48,751 nucleotides of DNA from Candidatus Woesearchaeota archaeon. GTDB taxonomy: Archaea > Nanobdellota > Nanobdellia > SCGC-AAA011-G17 > PNOQ01. Location of the stretch: positions 1 through 48,751 of the forward strand of contig CAYZTT010000003.1 in assembly GCA_964481835.1 (NCBI GenBank). Reading direction: 5' to 3'. The notes beneath the pieces are model-generated. The model was not told where the DNA came from. It did not search any database and saw nothing but the letters and a program-made list of their open reading frames with translations. The position numbers and the translations under genes are program-made. The stretch's first letter is position 1, and every line of letters starts with the position of its first letter. Positions 27,796 through 37,661 of this stretch are shown here, one piece after another.

Positions 27796-29433
27796 ATGGT
27801 TGAAAAAAGTGAATTGAGAAGATATGTTTTGGATAATGCGGTTTTGTATAAAGGCAAGGCAAATTTGAAATCAGTAGTAGGGCACTTGATTGGGAAGTTT
27901 CCTGAAGTTAAGGAAGATATGAAGAATTTTATGAAAGACTTGAGGGAAATTGTTGATGATGTAAATTCTATGACTTTAGAGAAACAAAACATTGAGTTAG
28001 AAAAGCGGGGAAAAATTATTAGAGTTAAGGAGGAATCTGGATTGTTTGATTTCTTAGGAATTGAAAATGAGAAGGTTATTACTGCGTTTCCTCCAGAACC
28101 AAGCAAATATTTACATATCGGGCATGCGAAATCGCTATTGTTGAATTATTTGTTGGCTAAAGAACATAAAGGGAAATTTATTTTGAGATTTGAAGATACC
28201 AATCCTGAATTAGTGGACAAGAATTTTTATGATATCATTTTGGAAGATGTTGAATGGCTTGGGATTCAACCAGATAAAATCCAGTATGCCTCCGGTAATA
28301 TGGAATTGTTTTATGATTGTGGAAAGAAGTTAATAAAATCTGGAGATGCATATATTTGTTTTTGTGATTCTGATTCTATTAAGGAAAATAGAAGGAAAAA
28401 AGTTGAATGCGAATGTAGAAATGTTGATCATCTAGATAATTTGAGAAATTGGTTAGATTTTTTTAAAGCTCCTAAAGGGAAATGTGTTGTTAGACTAAAG
28501 GGAGATATGAATCATAAGAATGCAGTAATGCGGGATCCTACTTTGTTTAGGATTATGACTAAGGAACACCCTAGAACTAAGAAAAAATATAGGGTCTGGC
28601 CAACTTATGAATTTCAGAATTCTATAATGGATGGGCATTTCAAGGTGAGCCATAGGTTTAGAGGAAAAGAGTTTGAGAATATGGCCGAGTTGCAGAAATA
28701 TATTCAAGGGCTATTGAAATTAAAAGTTACAAATACGTATGAGTTTGCTAGATTTAATATGGTTGGGATTTTGAGTTCGGGCAGAACAATTAGAGAGAAG
28801 ATTGAGAAGAAAGAGTTGAAAGGCTGGGGTGATCCCAGGTTAACTACTCTGGTTGCTTTGAGAAGAAGGGGGTTTTTGCCCGATGCCATAAAAGATTTTG
28901 TTGTTTCAACAGGAATTTCTAAGTCGGAAAGTAAAATGACTTGGGAAGATTTAATTATTAAGAATAAAAGAAAAATTGATGCGGTTGCTAGCAGGTATTT
29001 TTTTATTGAAGACCCTAAGAAAATCAAGATAGAAGGTTTTGGGGGAAAGGATATTGAAGTCCCGTTGCACGTTGATCACCTAGATTTGGGGGTTAGGAAG
29101 TTTAAAGTTAAGGATAATTTTTATGTTTCTGATAAATTGAGCAAGAGTAAATATTATCGGTTTATGCATTTATTCAATTTTAAGAATGGAAAGTTTGTTT
29201 CTGAAGAATTGGACAGGAGTTTGGATGCTAAATTGATTCATTGGTTACCAGTTTCTAAAGATTTAGTTAAAGTTCGGGTTCTGATGGATGATGGAGAGTA
29301 TGTTTCTGGATTAGCCGAGAAAGGGGTTAAGAAATTGAAGATTGGGGATTTAATTCAATTTGAGAGATTTGGGTTTGTTAGATTGGATAAGAAAGGGAAA
29401 GGTAAGTTGGAGTTTATTTTTACGCACAAATGA
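27796..29433 (+). CDS. gltX: glutamyl-tRNA synthetase (archaeal/eukaryal type)
   Basis: FPPEPSKYLHIGHAKSLLLNYLLAKEHKGKFILRFEDTNP (HIGH region), WPTYEFQNSIMD, and a C-terminal anticodon-binding beta-barrel region. Confidence 0.9.
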   Translation: MVEKSELRRYVLDNAVLYKGKANLKSVVGHLIGKFPEVKEDMKNFMKDLREIVDDVNSMTLEKQNIELEKRGKIIRVKEESGLFDFLGIENEKVITAFPPEPSKYLHIGHAKSLLLNYLLAKEHKGKFILRFEDTNPELVDKNFYDIILEDVEWLGIQPDKIQYASGNMELFYDCGKKLIKSGDAYICFCDSDSIKENRRKKVECECRNVDHLDNLRNWLDFFKAPKGKCVVRLKGDMNHKNAVMRDPTLFRIMTKEHPRTKKKYRVWPTYEFQNSIMDGHFKVSHRFRGKEFENMAELQKYIQGLLKLKVTNTYEFARFNMVGILSSGRTIREKIEKKELKGWGDPRLTTLVALRRRGFLPDAIKDFVVSTGISKSESKMTWEDLIIKNKRKIDAVASRYFFIEDPKKIKIEGFGGKDIEVPLHVDHLDLGVRKFKVKDNFYVSDKLSKSKYYRFMHLFNFKNGKFVSEELDRSLDAKLIHWLPVSKDLVKVRVLMDDGEYVSGLAEKGVKKLKIGDLIQFERFGFVRLDKKGKGKLEFIFTHK

Positions 29434-29873
29434 AAAATTTTGATTTATTAAATAGCAAGGAAATAAAGAAATTAAATAAGCAGTTAAAAGAACAATTTGG
29501 AAACGAATTTGATTTTAAGGAATATTTGGTTTATAGAACTCCGAAAGATAGAATCTATATTGTTAGTAGGGAATTTGGGGAACATGATTTTTCTAAGATT
29601 AGAATTAATAATGTTGGTTTGTATTTTTTGAGTATTGTGAAAGATGGAGTTAGATTGAGTATTGATGGTTCCCAATTGTTTAAACCAAAGAAAAATGTTT
29701 TAGAATTAACTAAAAAGGATTTTGAGAAGTGGATGACTGGGGAAGATTTAAACTTGGAAATGGAGAATGGATATTTTTTGATTAAGTATAAGAATGAGTT
29801 CTTAGGTTGTGGAAAGAGTAATGGCGAAAAGATTTTTAATTATGTTCCTAAAGCTAGAAGAGTTAAATTTTAG
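29430..29873 (+). CDS. PUA-like RNA-binding protein (Nip7 / RsmF C-terminal-like)
   Basis: DRIYIVSREF and the C-terminal GYFLIKYKNEFLGCGKSNGEKIFNYVPKARR resemble the pre-PUA+PUA module of Nip7/RsmF-type proteins. ATGA overlap with gltX. Confidence 0.5.
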   Translation: MKNFDLLNSKEIKKLNKQLKEQFGNEFDFKEYLVYRTPKDRIYIVSREFGEHDFSKIRINNVGLYFLSIVKDGVRLSIDGSQLFKPKKNVLELTKKDFEKWMTGEDLNLEMENGYFLIKYKNEFLGCGKSNGEKIFNYVPKARRVKF

Positions 29874-30352
29874 AATTTAAACGCTAATCCGGCAGATGCT
29901 CTGCTTCTTGGGTGGCCCCATTTGAATAGATCATCTTCTCCGAATGCCTGTGTTATGTCAAATCTGAATTCTGAATTATCTGAAAGTCCTAAGCCCAGTC
30001 CTAGGTCGAGTAAAGTTGCGTTTCCGTTTGGTCCACCTTGTGTCACTTTTCCTCTTCGCAGACCTTGTCTTAATGATACTGGGCCAATTCTTTCCCTGGC
30101 GCCAACACCGAAGGACCTACATGATCTTTTTAAAAATCCTTCTGCTAGAAATTCACTTGTTAATCCAATTTCTAAACCACTTGTGAGTTCCTTGTAAGCC
30201 TCTAAATCAAGCGAATAGTGTCTTTCTCCACTCTCTGAAGAATTATAGCCGGTATTTATGCCGATGTACTTGTTTATGGGCCCCGCTATTGCGCTTGCAG
30301 CCCATAATGTGGTTGCTAGGATTGCTGTTCCTAATCTAAGAGCGTATTTCAT
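29870..30352 (-). CDS. secreted beta-rich protein resembling a bacterial 8-stranded outer-membrane beta-barrel (OMP_b-brl-like)
   Basis: Start set at the ATG at 30352, with TTTATAAA at 30376-30383, 24 nt upstream. Signal MKYALRLGTAILATTLWAASAIAG. First strand YIGINTGY, alternating hydrophobic pattern, and the OMP-type C-terminal signature AGLAFKF with terminal Phe. Confidence 0.45.
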   Translation of the reverse strand: MKYALRLGTAILATTLWAASAIAGPINKYIGINTGYNSSESGERHYSLDLEAYKELTSGLEIGLTSEFLAEGFLKRSCRSFGVGARERIGPVSLRQGLRRGKVTQGGPNGNATLLDLGLGLGLSDNSEFRFDITQAFGEDDLFKWGHPRSRASAGLAFKF

Positions 30353-30413
30353 TTTTATTAAAAAACACGACAACTCTTTATAAATCTTTCTATTTTTAAC
30401 TACTATTTAGTAA

Positions 30414-31160
30414 TTAAAATATTTCTGATAGCCAGGAGAAGAATTTTGCTAGGATATTTGGGCTTTTTTGGACAGTTTTTTTATCTGAAGAGGCATATGG
30501 CCTTAGGCTATAGATATTTTGATTGCCCTCGCCCTCTTTACAATCTGGATCTAGATAGTCTAGGCAATCGGGATCACATTTTTTATCTTTTTTTCCATCG
30601 CAATATGTATCCTTTTCGCCGCTTGGACAATCTGATGGGCAATTTTTGTTGTTCTCTCTAATTTTTCCATTACAATAGCCATCTTCTTTACATTTGATTT
30701 CTAAATATTTTTTCTCAGAACTTGTGATTGTTATATCTCCTGAAGAGTCTTTTACTTGTATTTCTGGTAATTCTATTGTTCCGGAACTTGGGATTATTTC
30801 ATAGATAGTTTCTATTGTTATCTCCTTAGTTTCCTTGGGGCCAATTGTTAATGTGTACTCTAAATAGGGTTCTCTGATATCCGTTTCTGTGTGTTTTTTT
30901 ATTTCTGCTCCGATACTTGAAGTTATTGATTCTCCCATAGCATAGTTTGTGTCTCTTGTAATTTTAATTTCTTTTTCTATATCTTCTAAGTTTTCTATTA
31001 TGAATGAAAGTTCTATTGGTTCATTTACTATTGCGCTTGTTTTTGTAGATTCGAAATACTTTGCATTCATCGTTGCAGCGTGAGTGCTTGTTGCTAGAAG
31101 GATTAATAATAAAGTCCCAGTGATTAGTTTTGCTTTTTTATGTTCCATTTTTATTCGCAT
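30414..31160 (-). CDS. secreted protein with Cys-rich C-terminal module (alternative start 31148)
   Basis: Signal AKLITGTLLLILLATSTHA. A beta-rich middle region. C-terminal CKEDGYCNGK...CPSDCPSGEKDTYCDGKKDKKCDPDCLDYLDPDC echoes the DPDC-type Cys motifs of the upstream giant protein. Overlaps or abuts its stop. Confidence 0.6.
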   Translation of the reverse strand: MRIKMEHKKAKLITGTLLLILLATSTHAATMNAKYFESTKTSAIVNEPIELSFIIENLEDIEKEIKITRDTNYAMGESITSSIGAEIKKHTETDIREPYLEYTLTIGPKETKEITIETIYEIIPSSGTIELPEIQVKDSSGDITITSSEKKYLEIKCKEDGYCNGKIRENNKNCPSDCPSGEKDTYCDGKKDKKCDPDCLDYLDPDCKEGEGNQNIYSLRPYASSDKKTVQKSPNILAKFFSWLSEIF

Positions 31161-34100
31161 TCCAATCTGTCACAGTTTTCACTTGAACAGATATTTCCTC
31201 CGCTATCTATCAATGCCCCATCTTCGTTTTGACAGTATATCTCTTGACTCTGGTCACTTATAATCTCATTCCCATATAGTGTTAGGAATAAGTAATTATC
31301 TTCAATATAATCCTCTATATCTATGCAGATTTCGCAGCCTATACCGTTTTCTATTTTATTCTGAATTATATTTTCCGTTAAGTGTATTCTTTCATTGTCG
31401 TATACAGTTCTACCATCGTGAGAATAACCACTTATGTTTATAGTGGTGTTTATTAATTCGTTGTATGAGACTGAGGTTTTATTTGAATTTTCTATTAATA
31501 TACCAACTCTTGGGATTCCCTGATTACTTATGATTTTATTGCTTGTTATCCAAGTGCGCTCAGGTCCGATTTCCTTTGCTTTTATTGAGATTATATTATT
31601 TTTTAGTATGTTGCTACTCAACACATTTTGATACGGTGATTCTGAGGTTACCTCTGGGAAATTAACTCCAACCCCCCAATTAGAAAGATTCAGATAGTCG
31701 ACTCCCACATCTCCGTGCCCGTTGAAATCTATCCCGATTTTTGAGTTGCAATTTGGCCCTACACAGTTTATTTGGGTTTCTCCTTGATCAAGAGCTATTA
31801 TCTCTATATCATCTGCACCGATGACTATGCCTTCTTCGAGGTTGAAAACCCCTGGACAGAATGTTGTACTTTCGGTTAGTATCATGCCGCTTGTAGGTGT
31901 GGTGTAACTGCAGGCATCTGAGCAATCTAAGTTATCGCAATTATCACTGTCACATATGTTTGAACCATAATGGGCATCTACTATTGGCTCTGCAGGGTTT
32001 TGGCAATAGATATCTATGTTTCCATTGTTTGAAATTGTGTTTTGGGCGATTTTTACAAACCTTTCTTCCTCGAGAGAGTTTAGGTTTATCTTTATACCAT
32101 GGTTGAGAGTATCGAAATCGTTTTCTATAGTGTTGTTCTCAACTTTTATCCCATCTGTATTTGAACCCTCGAGAGTAATCATAGAGTTTTTTATTATATT
32201 ATGACTTATTTTGCTATATTCAGAAGGATTTCCTGTGACATTGATTAAATGTATTTCGTTTGGCCTGCTTGGGTCATCACTATTAAAATTGGAATACCAT
32301 ACTTCTATGCTTGAGTTCTTTACACCCGTCTTTATTGCTTTTATACTATTATTTATTGTGATTTCTTCTATATCTACTTCTGGAGATACTTCAGTTTCAT
32401 CTCCTTCCTCATGTGTTTTTATGCCAGTCCCCCATCCGTTTAAAGTTATATCCCTTATGGATATTCCATCTTTCCCATTTGTGTTTATGCCTGTTTGCGA
32501 ATCGCAATTTGGGCCTATGCAGTTTATGATTGCTCCATTTCCATCTATCTCTTGTCCATCTAATAGGAATGTTAAGCCTTCTTCTAGATTGTATTCTCCT
32601 GGACATAGGTAAGTTATTTCATCGGTTAATATCAATCCGTCCTGGGGGATTGTGTCCATGCAGGCCAAGTCGCAACCATAAATATTTTCTCGGGCCCAAT
32701 AATCTGCCTCGTAGTCTGAAAAATCGAAGTGTTGGTTTTCGTGTCCTATTTCAAATCTTACATCAAATAATCTGGGTATTTCGCCGATATCCCAACAATA
32801 ATGTATGTTGGTGCCTAAGACACTTTGAGCAACAGCGTCTGCCACATTTTCGACCTTCTTTCCATAATCATATACAACCCATTTTCCAACTTCAAAATCA
32901 TATATTAGATTCCAGGTGTGAAATCCTCCTCCTATAGAGAGTACTAGATCTCCGTCTTGGTCGTTGGCTGGGAAATATCCCGTTTTCCTTAGTAGCGAGG
33001 TTGCTGCAAATGACCAATCATCGCACACACCAGTTTTTAGTGTTGCTAAGGTTGTTTTTGCTGGCTGTTCCCTGTGTTTACATAATCCCGGAGTTCTAGG
33101 TCCAGGGCAATCCATATATTGTACTTCTTCACCGAAGACGTAAAGAGTGTCCCAATCATAGTAGGGATTTGCGCAATGGTTATTCTCGGGGGAATGATTC
33201 CCCCATCCCTCTTGACAGGCATCTTCGAATCTGCCCCTTAATGGGTTGTACCAACCCATGTCTTGTACCTCGCAGCAATATTCTGGGGTGAAATAGTTCC
33301 ACATCCATAATTCGTCATCTAGGTGGTGGATGGGCCTTTTAAAGCCCCAATTTAGATTGGTTTCTATATATTCCCTTAGGCATCCCGTCATTCTCCTTTG
33401 GTGAGTTGGGTATTGGAAAGAATTAAGTTTTGCGTGATAGCAAATTTCTGTGTTTCTATTGTTGATAATTCTCATATCCCCTGGTTCGTTTTCACAACAG
33501 TCTAAGGCGTCATCTATTATATAATCCATATAATTTGCTTCTTCGTCTTCAATGTCGCTTCTTACAGTCATTAAACTACAAGAATCTCTTTCTCCAGATT
33601 CAGTAAACCAGTTGTATAGGTGAACTACATAGTTTCCTTGGTAATTGCTCACACAATTTGTATCTTCTGGTTCGTGGGGAGTTATACATTGGCAATTATA
33701 ACAAAATCCTTCATTACAATCTTCCCCATAAGGCTCACACTCTTCTCCAATAGTTATTTCTTCTTCGAGGCTCTCAAATGTAATTGTTTCGGTCGTTACT
33801 TCCCCATCTCCGCAATAAAAACCCATTATTTTATTCGAATTTGTTTTTCCCACGTTTAATGTGCCTTCAATATTTTCAAAAAAGCAATCTTCACGATCAC
33901 ATAATAGGTCATATTCGGTGTTGTTTTCTATGTAATTGTATCCATCTATTTCTACACCCCATGCTTTCAGATACAGGCCAACGTGGGCGTTATCTCTAAT
34001 TATGTTGTTTCGTAGACGTATATCTCCTACTTTATCGAATAAGAGGGCTGAACGATACCTTGGGACTATAGTTCCTGCGCCGGCAAACAAACCTTCAGTG

Positions 34101-35569
34101 CCGTTTGGGTTATTCCCTTGAAATTTGTTTCCTTCTAGGAATACATCTTCTGATTCGTAACCCCAGATTGCTCTTGAGAATCTTTCTAGGGTCATTCCTT
34201 CTAAATGAGTTTCGTTTGAGAAATAGATATGTACCCCATCACCATAGCCGGTCATATTTAGATTGCATCCTTTTATTGTTGTATTTTTTCTATAACTAAT
34301 GTCTATTGTTGGATTTGGGTTGTATCCATACGGGTTGTTTATAATTATGTTTGTATCATCACACTCAACCCTTATGTTGTCTTCTTGGATTGTTAACCAG
34401 TTGTCTTCATAATCATAATCTAGATAATAGTCTCCTTCGCAGAAGTAGGTGTTTTCTGTTATGACCATATTTTTTTCAGGCACTATACAGCAGTCTTTAT
34501 CATTGTAAAAATTACAACCTATCCCGCAACAGCCATTTTTGTAAGAATAACTGCAATAACAGTCTGGATCGTTTCCGCTGCATCCTTCTGGGCAATTTCC
34601 GTTGCAACCATCGGATTCACAATCTTCTTCACACATTTCATCGGATTGGCATAAATCTATATTTTCTTCCGGATTCCACCAACAACCGTACATGTATAGC
34701 TCATTGCAAGGTTCTTCGTTCATGAAACAGAAATTTGGATCCTCTTGGTCGTAACAGACATCGCATTCTCCAACTAAACCTTCTCCCGCACAGAATCCCC
34801 AGCCGGGTAGATGGGTGCATGAGTTCTCGATGCATTCTTTATGGGCATTTTGACATTCACAATTTGGAAGTTCTTCTTCCATTTGGTCGCAGCCAGATAT
34901 TTCAATTTTACATTTGTCGGAACCTTCACAGAGATCTAGTTCCGGGCACGAAAACTCAAGGAAATTCCCTGCGGGGAGATCCTCATCTGTGCACTCTCCT
35001 CCATAATATGCACAATCATAGTCACATTGACCGTTTACACAATCATACCCTGCAGCACAGGCAATACCACAACCTCCGCAGTTATTTTCATCTGTTTGAG
35101 GATCTACACATTCTGGGCCACATTCAAACCAATCCTCTGGACAATCTAGGACACATGAACCATATTCGCAAATCATGTTGTCTCCGCAAGGTTGGCCTTC
35201 GCAACCTTCTTGGGAACAATCTTCGTAACAGTCAAGACAGCTTTCTTCCGTCATACATTTTTGTATGCAGCCTTCCGGAATGCCTCCTTGACCAGGGCTA
35301 TATTGGGGATCTTGGGGAGGACTATTCTGATCCCCCGGAATAAATTCTTTTTCTTGCATAAGCTCATCAGAGAAAATATCTCCTGTACAAGACCTAACAT
35401 ATTTCATCTCCCAATCACTACAATCACCCAATCCACAACCTTGGGGTGCCCAAGGAGTACAGTCTCCACAGTCTCCGGATTTTTGAATTCCTTTCAAATC
35501 TAGTTGATCACAAGAACTAATAATAAAAACACTGAGAATTAAAATTGTCAAATATATTTTTTCTTTCAA
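31151..35569 (-). CDS. giant (1472 aa) Cys-rich predicted surface lipoprotein: three right-handed beta-helix modules plus a transglutaminase-like cysteine-protease core
   Basis: Signal plus lipobox LILSVFIISSC (Cys20). Aa 21-360 extremely Cys-rich (CxxC, DPDC, EGF-like spacing). Beta-helix-like repeats (NNIIRDN, HNIIKNSMITLEG, VENNTIEND, NTISNNGN) in three homologous modules starting at about aa 361, 970 and 1221. Transglutaminase-like triad context GVCDDWSFAATSLLRKTG (C849), GGFHTWNLIY (H884), VVYDYG (D901). Confidence 0.8.
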   Translation of the reverse strand: MKEKIYLTILILSVFIISSCDQLDLKGIQKSGDCGDCTPWAPQGCGLGDCSDWEMKYVRSCTGDIFSDELMQEKEFIPGDQNSPPQDPQYSPGQGGIPEGCIQKCMTEESCLDCYEDCSQEGCEGQPCGDNMICEYGSCVLDCPEDWFECGPECVDPQTDENNCGGCGIACAAGYDCVNGQCDYDCAYYGGECTDEDLPAGNFLEFSCPELDLCEGSDKCKIEISGCDQMEEELPNCECQNAHKECIENSCTHLPGWGFCAGEGLVGECDVCYDQEDPNFCFMNEEPCNELYMYGCWWNPEENIDLCQSDEMCEEDCESDGCNGNCPEGCSGNDPDCYCSYSYKNGCCGIGCNFYNDKDCCIVPEKNMVITENTYFCEGDYYLDYDYEDNWLTIQEDNIRVECDDTNIIINNPYGYNPNPTIDISYRKNTTIKGCNLNMTGYGDGVHIYFSNETHLEGMTLERFSRAIWGYESEDVFLEGNKFQGNNPNGTEGLFAGAGTIVPRYRSALLFDKVGDIRLRNNIIRDNAHVGLYLKAWGVEIDGYNYIENNTEYDLLCDREDCFFENIEGTLNVGKTNSNKIMGFYCGDGEVTTETITFESLEEEITIGEECEPYGEDCNEGFCYNCQCITPHEPEDTNCVSNYQGNYVVHLYNWFTESGERDSCSLMTVRSDIEDEEANYMDYIIDDALDCCENEPGDMRIINNRNTEICYHAKLNSFQYPTHQRRMTGCLREYIETNLNWGFKRPIHHLDDELWMWNYFTPEYCCEVQDMGWYNPLRGRFEDACQEGWGNHSPENNHCANPYYDWDTLYVFGEEVQYMDCPGPRTPGLCKHREQPAKTTLATLKTGVCDDWSFAATSLLRKTGYFPANDQDGDLVLSIGGGFHTWNLIYDFEVGKWVVYDYGKKVENVADAVAQSVLGTNIHYCWDIGEIPRLFDVRFEIGHENQHFDFSDYEADYWARENIYGCDLACMDTIPQDGLILTDEITYLCPGEYNLEEGLTFLLDGQEIDGNGAIINCIGPNCDSQTGINTNGKDGISIRDITLNGWGTGIKTHEEGDETEVSPEVDIEEITINNSIKAIKTGVKNSSIEVWYSNFNSDDPSRPNEIHLINVTGNPSEYSKISHNIIKNSMITLEGSNTDGIKVENNTIENDFDTLNHGIKINLNSLEEERFVKIAQNTISNNGNIDIYCQNPAEPIVDAHYGSNICDSDNCDNLDCSDACSYTTPTSGMILTESTTFCPGVFNLEEGIVIGADDIEIIALDQGETQINCVGPNCNSKIGIDFNGHGDVGVDYLNLSNWGVGVNFPEVTSESPYQNVLSSNILKNNIISIKAKEIGPERTWITSNKIISNQGIPRVGILIENSNKTSVSYNELINTTINISGYSHDGRTVYDNERIHLTENIIQNKIENGIGCEICIDIEDYIEDNYLFLTLYGNEIISDQSQEIYCQNEDGALIDSGGNICSSENCDRLECE

Positions 35570-35669
35570 ACTATCACCTTTTTAGTAATTTTACTTATTT
35601 ATTTTAGATTTATTAATATATCGTTTTATCAACGAAAAACCTTTTAAATGTCTCTATATTTAGAAATTC

Positions 35670-36272
35670 ATGAAGGACAAGATAAAAGAAGCCTTAAAGG
35701 CGTATGATAAAATAGCTTCTATTTATTCTGATTATAATTATGAGAAAGTTATGCAATTCCAGCTTATGAAGTTTGTTTCTTTGTTAAAAGGAAAGCGAGT
35801 TTTGGATGCTGGTTGCGGCGTTGGGAGAGATGTAGAGTACCTTATGGAAGACGGCTTGGAAGTTAAGGGAGTTGATATTTCTGAAAATATGATTAAACAA
35901 GCCAAGAAAAATGTTTCTAAGGGGAAGTTTGAGGTCATGGATTTCAGGAAGATGAAATTCAAAGATGGTTCTTTCGATGGCATTTGGGCAATGGCGAGCG
36001 TTTATCATATCCCGAATAAAGAAATTGTCGATACCTTTAAGGAATTTTTTAGAGTTTTAGATAAAGCTGGGTTGTTATATGTTTCTGTTTATGAGGGAGA
36101 GGGTAGTGAGGAGAGGAAGGATCCAACTGTCGGGGAGGTTAGAACCTTTTACTCTTACAAAGAGGATGAAATGAAAGAAAAACTAGAAGAAGCAGGTTTT
36201 ACTATTATTAGAAGTGAAGTTAATCAAACTGAAGATCGCAAATGGTTGGAAGTTTATGCTAGGAAAGAATAA
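35670..36272 (+). CDS. class I SAM-dependent methyltransferase
   Basis: Motif I VLDAGCGVGRD, post-I VKGVDISENM, and motif II-like FDGIWAMASVYHI. Confidence 0.8.
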   Translation: MKDKIKEALKAYDKIASIYSDYNYEKVMQFQLMKFVSLLKGKRVLDAGCGVGRDVEYLMEDGLEVKGVDISENMIKQAKKNVSKGKFEVMDFRKMKFKDGSFDGIWAMASVYHIPNKEIVDTFKEFFRVLDKAGLLYVSVYEGEGSEERKDPTVGEVRTFYSYKEDEMKEKLEEAGFTIIRSEVNQTEDRKWLEVYARKE

Positions 36273-36686
36273 TTATTCCCCGATTATTTTTATTAAGACT
36301 CTTTTTTCTCTTTGACCGTCAAATTCTGCGTAATAGATTTGTTCCCAGGGTCCAAGATCTAATTTGTTATTTGTTATGGCCATTGTCACTTGGTGCCCCA
36401 TTAATGTTCTTTTTATGTGGGCGTCTGCGTTATCTTCTCCAGTTTGGTGATGTTTATAATCCAGACCGTATGGCGCAAGCTTTTCTAGCCATTCTTGGAA
36501 ATCTTGAATTAGTCCGGATTCTGCATCATTTACGTAAACTGCGGCAGTTATGTGCATGGGGTTGACTAGAACTAGGCCTTCTTTTATTCCTGATTTTTTT
36601 ATTACTTCTTCAACTTTGTGAGTAATGTTTAGAAATTCTTGCCTCTTTTCAATTTTGAAGTAAAGATATTCTGTTTGAGATTTCAT
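36273..36686 (-). CDS. YjbQ/UPF0047 family protein (secondary thiamine-phosphate synthase-like)
   Basis: [31 protein letters not shown]...[19 protein letters not shown]...[16 protein letters not shown] matches YjbQ-family motifs. Confidence 0.85.
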   Translation of the reverse strand: MKSQTEYLYFKIEKRQEFLNITHKVEEVIKKSGIKEGLVLVNPMHITAAVYVNDAESGLIQDFQEWLEKLAPYGLDYKHHQTGEDNADAHIKRTLMGHQVTMAITNNKLDLGPWEQIYYAEFDGQREKRVLIKIIGE

Positions 36687-37636
36687 TTGTACGCTTTTCT
36701 TATTGGAGTTATTATCTCTATTAAGTATTTTGCTACTGCATTTTTTAAATCCAAGGGATGCATTTTCTTAGAATCAAAGTCTTTTTCTAATTCTTCGTAG
36801 GTTTTGAATTTTAAGTTCCCCCCGAATTTTTCATCACGATCTATTGTGAATGTTTTTATTCTTGGGAAAATTATCAGTTTTGTAATTTCCAGGATTGGGT
36901 TTTCTTTTTTTTCTCCCGCGATGCAGTGGGCCTTCTTTATTTTTTTTATTATGCTTTCATCTGAATCCCTTATTGAGATGAATGAATTTTCTTCTGAGGA
37001 AGACATCTTTGACCCTGGACCCTTTAATGAACTGATTAGTGGTGTGTGAATAAATAGGGGAGTTTTATAACCTATTTTTGAAAATACTTCAGAACCCATC
37101 ATGTGGATTTTTCTTTGTTCTATTCCTGATTGAACTGCATCTAATTTTAGATGCTTTATATCAACAATTTGCATAAGTGGATATATGGCCTGGGAAACTT
37201 TTGCATTTTCTATGTCTCTTGCGACTTGTTGCATACTTCTTAGAACTCTATTGATGGTTGCTGCAGAAGATAGTTTTAATACATCTTCTTGATATTCTTT
37301 CTTTGTTTGGAAAGAACTTCCAACTACAAATTCTGCTTTTGATAAGCCTGCGGCTTTGAAACCCTTTTTCCAATGTCTTACTTGTTCATTTATGAATTTC
37401 CAATCTCCTTTTTGGTTTAAGTAAGCATGATAATCAGCGAATAGGACTACTACTTGGAAACCCGCTTGTTCTAGGTCTAGTAGTTTTGTGATTGTCAATA
37501 GATGCCCAAGGTGTATTTCTCCGGAAGGTTCGTATCCACAATAAACTCTTGGAGATTTATTTTTTAGAATAGATTTTAGCTTTTCTTCGGTAACTATTTC
37601 TTGAGTATTCCTCTTAATCAGATCTGTTTTGTTCAT
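36683..37636 (-). CDS. tyrS: tyrosyl-tRNA synthetase (archaeal type)
   Basis: Near-collinear with M. jannaschii TyrRS as I recall it: [26 protein letters not shown] (HIGH), [22 protein letters not shown] (KMSKS), FGGNL...YEELEKDF...[10 protein letters not shown]. Confidence 0.9.
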   Translation of the reverse strand: MNKTDLIKRNTQEIVTEEKLKSILKNKSPRVYCGYEPSGEIHLGHLLTITKLLDLEQAGFQVVVLFADYHAYLNQKGDWKFINEQVRHWKKGFKAAGLSKAEFVVGSSFQTKKEYQEDVLKLSSAATINRVLRSMQQVARDIENAKVSQAIYPLMQIVDIKHLKLDAVQSGIEQRKIHMMGSEVFSKIGYKTPLFIHTPLISSLKGPGSKMSSSEENSFISIRDSDESIIKKIKKAHCIAGEKKENPILEITKLIIFPRIKTFTIDRDEKFGGNLKFKTYEELEKDFDSKKMHPLDLKNAVAKYLIEIITPIRKAYK

Positions 37637-37661
37637 ATTTTAGTTTTTGTTTAGTTGATAT

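Noticed and set aside
31897-35503. Multiple plus-strand ORFs (60-200 aa) inside the giant minus-strand gene
   Set aside because: These are antisense shadow ORFs with low-complexity translations lacking motifs. The minus-strand 1472-aa frame has coherent domain and repeat structure.
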